DNA of 40,023 bases from a virus (taxonomy: Duplodnaviria; Caudoviricetes): positions 1-40,023 of IMG/VR virus record IMGVR_UViG_3300028586_000771. The stretch is one strand, 5' to 3'. The translations under genes were made by a program, and so were the position numbers. Shown piece after piece: positions 35,133 to 40,023 of the stretch. The number at the start of each line of letters is the position of its first letter. Position 1 is the stretch's first letter. The notes beneath the pieces are model-generated. The model had not been told where the DNA came from. It saw only the letters and a list, made by a program, of their open reading frames with translations, and ran no database searches.

Positions 35133-37237
35133 TATAAATAATCTGTTGTGTTAACTTTAGACCTGTAATATTCCTGTTGTTGTTGCTGCCAACTCTTTTG
35201 CTGTGTGGCACTATCTTCTATTATTGCAGCTTCTACGAGCTGTTTGGCTTTATCCGGTACACGGCTTGCATTAAGCCTGTTTTTATGTTGCCCCGCACTA
35301 TCCACTAAAATCAGTTTTGCAAGGGTGTCATTTAACTGGGGCTTGCTGCTAAATAATTCCTGCACTAAATCGGCACTATCACTTCTTACATCGGTTATAT
35401 ACTTCATTGCCGCGCTGTTGTAGTCTTTAACTTCCTGCATGCGCATTGCATCACCGGCATTACGGTCGGCAAGTGCCATGGGCTGTAAATAAGTTTCATT
35501 AAGTATAAACTGGTACGTGCCAACCTCTTTAACTTCTTTGCCCCGCTTATCGGCATTTACTACAAGTATTTTGCTTAAGTCGGCAGGGTCATATTTTGCA
35601 ATCCAGTCCAGGTGTGCCAGTTTTCTAAAGTTTAGATCAAAGCTGTCGTACCATCTTGCCACCCCGTTTATGGTAGGGTTAAACCCGTCCGGCTGTAGCC
35701 TGTTAGTGTATCCCGTTGTACGGCCTAAATACTGTAGGTACATTTCATACGGCATGATGCTTTTGTACTCGTCAGTTACCTTTGCCCAGTTTTCAATAAA
35801 TGCAGCCTGCTTTTTTAGCCTGTCAGCTTCTATAGATGATACAAGTTGCTGCCTGCATTCCTTTTCATTCGGGAACTGGTGGCGTATCTTGTTAAGCATT
35901 TCGTCATTAGGTTGGCTATTGCTGCCGCTGTCAACGTTATGCCCTGACCAGTTATTAAACATTTGGCAGTATTCCTTGTTAAAGCGGTTAAACCACGGCT
36001 CAATTATCTTTGCCTTAGCATTCTTAACCCTTGCAGGCGTATAGTGCGTAGAACATGCCTCATAAGCAGGTTGTAATGCCCCGCGCCCGTAATTATCACT
36101 TTGCAGTTGGTATGGCCTGTAATGCGCTCCAAAAAGCTCGTTAACATGGGCCATTGCATTTCTAAGAGCATCTTTAATAAGCTGTGGCGTTTCGTGGGTG
36201 CCTATTGCATAGCCTACAGGGTACTTATTAAAAGGGTCGAGAACCGTAACCATCGTTAAGCGGTTGTGAAAGGTGGTAACTGTATTGCCACCTTTGCCAA
36301 CCTCAGTTTTTTGGTATAACAATTCTGCATCCCAACCGTCTAAAGTCCACATAAGCATTGGCAGGCTTGGCGCTTTACGTTTAATCTGCATCAGTTTATT
36401 GTCAAGGAGCGCGTTTTTACCGTTTCTACCGGCATATATCTCAATGCCCTTTTCCTCTTTACGGTTGCCTACAGTCTGGGCGGTTATAAGTTTCCAGTCC
36501 ATCGCACCGGCAACGGTGTTATAAAGATTTGCTACCTGTGCATTGTCAAGGTTCGTGTGCTTATTAAGCAGCTCGTCTATTAGAGCCATTTGATGTGCAT
36601 CTTTCATCTTAGAAGCATTTTGGTTTTGCAGCCTGCCCGATATAATCGCGGCATAACCGTCTCTTACATAGTCATTAACTTTCATTCTTAAACCTCTCGA
36701 TGTTGATGGGAGGTTGTGGTCTACATCGCGAAAAGCGTTTACATCTTTGCTAAGGCTGTCCCATATATCAAGCTGTGTCATTCCTAATGCCTTGGCATAA
36801 GCCTTACGGTTACCTTTAATTTTGATTACCGCATTAAGAACCGAGGCGTTATAGGTGTAGCGTTCTATAAGGGCTAAATCTAATTTTCGGTTATCGTCAC
36901 CATACCGGTGCGCGGCAAAAAAATCAAAGGCTTTGCGGTCAGCCTCGTAGTGCTCACTAAACCAACTCTTTTTTATTTCTTCTTTGTGGCTGCCAAATGC
37001 TAAGGTTATAGCATCTTTCCAATCCTGAGATAAAGAGGTGTGCAATACGAGCGCATCGATGTTGAGTGATGCCCTGCGTAACTGTTGCTCAATACATGTT
37101 TTGCTTTTCATACGACGATACAGCGCGTTATAAGCGATAAGGCACAAACTATTAGGATGTGGTTCCCTATCGTTTATCAGGTAGCTAATTTTTACACCAA
37201 GCTTACCTGTGTAGTATTCGTATGGGTTGGCTTTCAT
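35132..37237 (-). CDS. MuA-like DDE transposase
   Basis: WTLDGWD, QSDNYG and NAKAKIIEPWF give the catalytic D-D-E; 701 aa. Confidence 0.9.
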   Translation of the reverse strand: MKANPYEYYTGKLGVKISYLINDREPHPNSLCLIAYNALYRRMKSKTCIEQQLRRASLNIDALVLHTSLSQDWKDAITLAFGSHKEEIKKSWFSEHYEADRKAFDFFAAHRYGDDNRKLDLALIERYTYNASVLNAVIKIKGNRKAYAKALGMTQLDIWDSLSKDVNAFRDVDHNLPSTSRGLRMKVNDYVRDGYAAIISGRLQNQNASKMKDAHQMALIDELLNKHTNLDNAQVANLYNTVAGAMDWKLITAQTVGNRKEEKGIEIYAGRNGKNALLDNKLMQIKRKAPSLPMLMWTLDGWDAELLYQKTEVGKGGNTVTTFHNRLTMVTVLDPFNKYPVGYAIGTHETPQLIKDALRNAMAHVNELFGAHYRPYQLQSDNYGRGALQPAYEACSTHYTPARVKNAKAKIIEPWFNRFNKEYCQMFNNWSGHNVDSGSNSQPNDEMLNKIRHQFPNEKECRQQLVSSIEADRLKKQAAFIENWAKVTDEYKSIMPYEMYLQYLGRTTGYTNRLQPDGFNPTINGVARWYDSFDLNFRKLAHLDWIAKYDPADLSKILVVNADKRGKEVKEVGTYQFILNETYLQPMALADRNAGDAMRMQEVKDYNSAAMKYITDVRSDSADLVQELFSSKPQLNDTLAKLILVDSAGQHKNRLNASRVPDKAKQLVEAAIIEDSATQQKSWQQQQQEYYRSKVNTTDYL

Positions 37238-37238
37238 T

Positions 37239-37433
37239 TTATAAGCCCTTTAAGTGATCTATTACAGACCTAACCATTACTAAATAATCTTTCTTAATGC
37301 TCTCTGATGTTTCGCTATCCCTGTCCCCGCCAATCGACATGGTTATGAATCTTTGTGAAACCCCGTATTTTACTTTCAGCCGATTTAAAACCAATTCATG
37401 GTATTTAGGCTTTTTCTTTGTAGGTTTGTCCAT
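37239..37433 (-). CDS. Ner/Cro-like small regulator
   Basis: First early gene, divergent from the repressor; LKVKYGVSQRFITMSIGGDRDSET; ATG at 37433. Confidence 0.65.
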   Translation of the reverse strand: MDKPTKKKPKYHELVLNRLKVKYGVSQRFITMSIGGDRDSETSESIKKDYLVMVRSVIDHLKGL

Positions 37434-37459
37434 TGTATAATTTGTTCCTGTTGTGAGAA

Positions 37460-37490
37460 CAAATATATGCGCATTGTGCGTATAAACAAA
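37460..37490 (-). promoter_or_regulatory. Early lytic promoter TTTG-N19-TATATTTG
   Basis: Full Bacteroidota -33/-7 consensus: TTTG at 37490-37487, TATATTTG at 37467-37460. Confidence 0.8.
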
Positions 37491-37684
37491 ACAATTTTTA
37501 AACTTTTTTACGCAAAATGAGTACAATTGTAGATAAGAAGCTGATATTAAATAAGATAAAAGACAGATATAAATTCAAATCCGATAGTGAATTTGCGGGT
37601 TTTCTTGGGATTAAGCCCACTACATTGTCAAGTTGGCACAGTAGGAATACATTTGATATCGAGTTATTATACTCAAAATGCGTA
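37468..37684. promoter_or_regulatory. Three 15-bp operator-like palindromes
   Basis: TGCGCATTGTGCGTA (37468-37482), TACGCAAAATGAGTA (37509-37523), TACTCAAAATGCGTA (37670-37684). Confidence 0.7.
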
Positions 37685-38215
37685 GATATTGATCCAGTAT
37701 TTCTTTTCACAGGAAAAGGTGAAGTATCAAAAGTTCAATCGGTGGTAAATGAGCCTGAGACAGTTTATAGACTTAAAACAGATAACAATATAGAAAGCCA
37801 GTCGGTGCCTCTATATAATATTGAAGCTGCGGCCGGTATAGTTACTTTGTTTAGAGATTCAAAAGAGTTAAAACCTATAGATTATATCCAAATTCCTAAT
37901 TTACCTAAATGCGATGGGGCTATATATGTCAGCGGCGATAGTATGTACCCGCTTTTAAAGAGTGGAGATATTGTAATGTATCGGCAACATGATTTAAGTA
38001 GCGGTATTATTTGGGGCGAAATGTATCTTGTTAGTTACGATCATGGGGGCGATGAAATTACGTCAGTAAAGTATATTAAGAGGTCTGAATTAGGAGCTGG
38101 ACACATTAAGTTGGTTAGTCAAAATCAGCATCATCAGGATAGGGACATAGAGCTAAGCCAGGTAAGAGCTTTAGCTCTCATTAAGGCAAGCATAAGGATA
38201 AACTCAATGAGCTAA
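37517..38215 (+). CDS. CI-like repressor (HTH + S24 peptidase)
   Basis: SDSEFAGFLGIKPTTLSSWHSR HTH; AAAG cleavage site, GDSMYP Ser, SVKYI Lys. Confidence 0.92.
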   Translation: MSTIVDKKLILNKIKDRYKFKSDSEFAGFLGIKPTTLSSWHSRNTFDIELLYSKCVDIDPVFLFTGKGEVSKVQSVVNEPETVYRLKTDNNIESQSVPLYNIEAAAGIVTLFRDSKELKPIDYIQIPNLPKCDGAIYVSGDSMYPLLKSGDIVMYRQHDLSSGIIWGEMYLVSYDHGGDEITSVKYIKRSELGAGHIKLVSQNQHHQDRDIELSQVRALALIKASIRINSMS

Positions 38216-38363
38216 ATTTTATTTTATTGATTTTTAAGGAGTTAAAACATTTTACTATACAATGAATTGCATTTATGGGGTGTTTAAACAGCCGTTTTTT
38301 CAATTTCAACAAATTTATAATACATCTACGGGGGTATTAAGCTTAATTTATAGTACAATAAAT

Positions 38364-38399
38364 AAGCAACGCATAAAGCAACCCATAAGGTAACGCATA
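38364..38399 (+). repeat. 3 x 12-bp tandem repeat
   Basis: AAGCAACGCATA AAGCAACCCATA AGGTAACGCATA. Confidence 0.7.
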
Positions 38400-38613
38400 C
38401 AATTTCTATCATCTTTTGTACGCACTTTGAAAACCCTTTTAAATAATCGTTTAAACATGCTTTAAATTTGTACTATGTGCATTGCAATGCCTTTAAAATA
38501 GAGGTTTTAAGGCGCTTTCGGGGGTATAGTGGTAGTTGTGTATCCGCAATGGTAATTAACTCGCTTTATAATGGTACTAAAGCGGTAATAAACGGTAGTT
38601 AATGGAAGCTTCG

Positions 38614-38678
38614 TTTCGGGCAAAAAAAAGCCTTAATTCTCGTTAAGGCTTGATTTCATTGGGTTTTTCGGGCAAAAA
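38614..38678 (+). repeat. 13-bp direct repeat flanking a hairpin near the right end
   Basis: TTTCGGGCAAAAA at 38614 and 38666; AAGCCTTAA/TTAAGGCTT hairpin at 38628-38651. Confidence 0.6.
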
Positions 38679-38718
38679 TATAGAGAGTGTTTATACAGGT
38701 ATTGTTTTATAGCCCATA

Positions 38719-38722
38719 ATAG
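38719..38722 (+). repeat. Right target-site duplication ATAG
   Basis: Matches 121-124. Confidence 0.8.
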
Positions 38723-40023
38723 CGCTTTTTAAAAAAGTAAAAGACTATCCTGAAAGTTTTCTTAATGATGAGGTGCTGGTGTCATTAGCGTTGGCAATGA
38801 TCGAAGAGGCGAGGGTACCGGTTGATACTACTATACCATTAAAAGAGAATGGTGGCTCATATAGTATATATGGTGAAGGGCAGATAGAGCAGGGGGCTAA
38901 AGATCAGATGGATATAGCCATGAAACTGCCTGTAACGGTTGCCGGAGCTTTAATGCCCGATGCCCACCAGGGTTATGGCCTGCCGATAGGCGGGGTATTG
39001 GCAACAAAAAATGCAATTATACCTTATGGTGTGGGTGTAGATATAGGTTGTAGGATGGCACTGTCTGTTTATGACATTCCGGAAGAACATTTTTTGCTTA
39101 ACGAAGCTAAATATAAAAGGGAGCTTATTGCACATACTAAATTTGGCGCAGGGCACGGAAATCATGGTAGGTATAAAGCAGACCATGATGTGCTCGACAG
39201 CAACGATTTCAACATGACTCCTTTTATTAAAAAGCTGCACGATAAAGCCTGGTCGCAATTAGGAACGTCGGGTGGGGGTAATCACTTTGTAGAATTTGGT
39301 ATTATAGAATTTGAAGAAAGAGATGAGGTGCTTAATATTGGTAAGGGCCGTTATGTAGGATTGCTTACGCACTCAGGTTCAAGGGGTTTTGGTGCAACTG
39401 TAGCAGGGCATTATACTCAGCTTGCAAAGCAAATTTGCAAACTGCCAAAAGAAGCTGCTAACTTAGCATACCTCGACCTTAACTCTCAGGAAGGGCAGGA
39501 GTACTGGATAGCCATGAACCTTGCAGGCGACTATGCATCGGCATGCCATCAGGTAATACATGATAAATTAACGACTGCGATTGGAGCCCAGGTACTTGCC
39601 AAAGTAGAGAACCACCATAACTTTGCCTGGAAAGAAGTACTAAATGGCGAAGAGGTTATTGTACACCGCAAAGGTGCTACACCGGCTGCTAAGGGTGTTA
39701 TGGGTATTATTCCCGGAAGTATGACCGCGCCTGGATTTTTAGTAAGAGGCAAGGGAGAAGCGGGCGCCATAAACTCGGCATCGCATGGTGCGGGCAGGCA
39801 AATGAGCCGTACCCAGGCTATAAAGAGCATTACAAAAGCCGATATGAGGCAGGTGCTTAAAGACCACGGCGTATCTTTAATAGGTGCCGGTCGCGACGAA
39901 GCGCCAATGGCCTATAAAGATATCGATGCCGTTATGGCATCGCAGACCGACCTTGTAGATGTAGTAGCCAAATTCACTCCAAAACTGGTGCGCATGGCCG
40001 ATGACGGAAGCAGGGAAGATTAA
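38719..40023 (+). pseudogene. rtcB: 3' part of interrupted rtcB; catalytic domain intact
   Basis: MPDAHQGYGLPIGG, VGVDIGC, GGGNHFVE, HSGSRG, HHNFA, HRKGAT, PGSM, SASHGAGR, DEAPMAYK; open frame from 38713 to the stop at 40023. Confidence 0.93.

Larger units (their letters stand above)
125..38718. mobile_element. Mu-like transposable prophage (contractile tail), apparently complete, inserted in rtcB
   Basis: DDE transposase plus AAA ATPase, repressor at one end and Mom at the other, Mu-type portal/gp36/MuF/gpG/gp37, sheath/tube/baseplate genes, no integrase, flanked by ATAG duplication. Confidence 0.95.

Noticed and set aside
125-38718. Intron, intein, DGR or invertible-segment explanation for the rtcB interruption
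   Set aside because: No reverse transcriptase, invertase, site-specific recombinase or splicing motifs; the content is a transposable phage.
35205-39830. ORFs 35205-35423, 35517-36044, 36273-36524, 37085-37273, 37498-37710, 38950-39258, 39549-39830
   Set aside because: Antisense to the transposase, repressor or rtcB, with no independent support.

Overview
The window is a host rtcB gene (RNA 3'-phosphate/cyclic-phosphate ligase) split by an apparently complete ~38.6 kb Mu-like transposable prophage with a contractile tail (125-38718). The host is probably Bacteroidota (Flavobacterium-like), judged from TAnnTTTG promoters and protein style. The prophage is bounded by a 4-bp direct repeat (ATAG at 121-124 and 38719-38722) and by 5'-TAT...ATA-3' ends. 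Removing 125-38722 restores one uninterrupted 474-aa RtcB frame from base 1 to 40023. From the right end inward it carries: an S24/CI-type repressor; a leftward early operon (Ner-like, DDE transposase, MuB-like ATPase, second ATPase, DUF3164/Gam-like, FtsK-gamma, GemA-like); a ~6 kb island of individually promoted cargo genes; two divergent late operons (terminase-portal-MuF rightward; protease-capsid-lysis-tail leftward); and a terminal Mom-family DNA modification gene. The most striking signals are: (1) a -1 frameshift signature (T TTT TTC, 6-nt spacer, GC hairpin) that would fuse the portal to a MuF protein ending in a GNAT-like domain, next to a convergent small gene with its own promoter (candidate virion-borne effector plus immunity); (2) a 49-nt anticodon-less tRNA-like element in the early operon; (3) a structured antisense RNA over the mom leader; (4) three palindromes at 21-bp spacing placed symmetrically between the late promoters. 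Family assignments come from motif recognition and gene order only; no searches were run.
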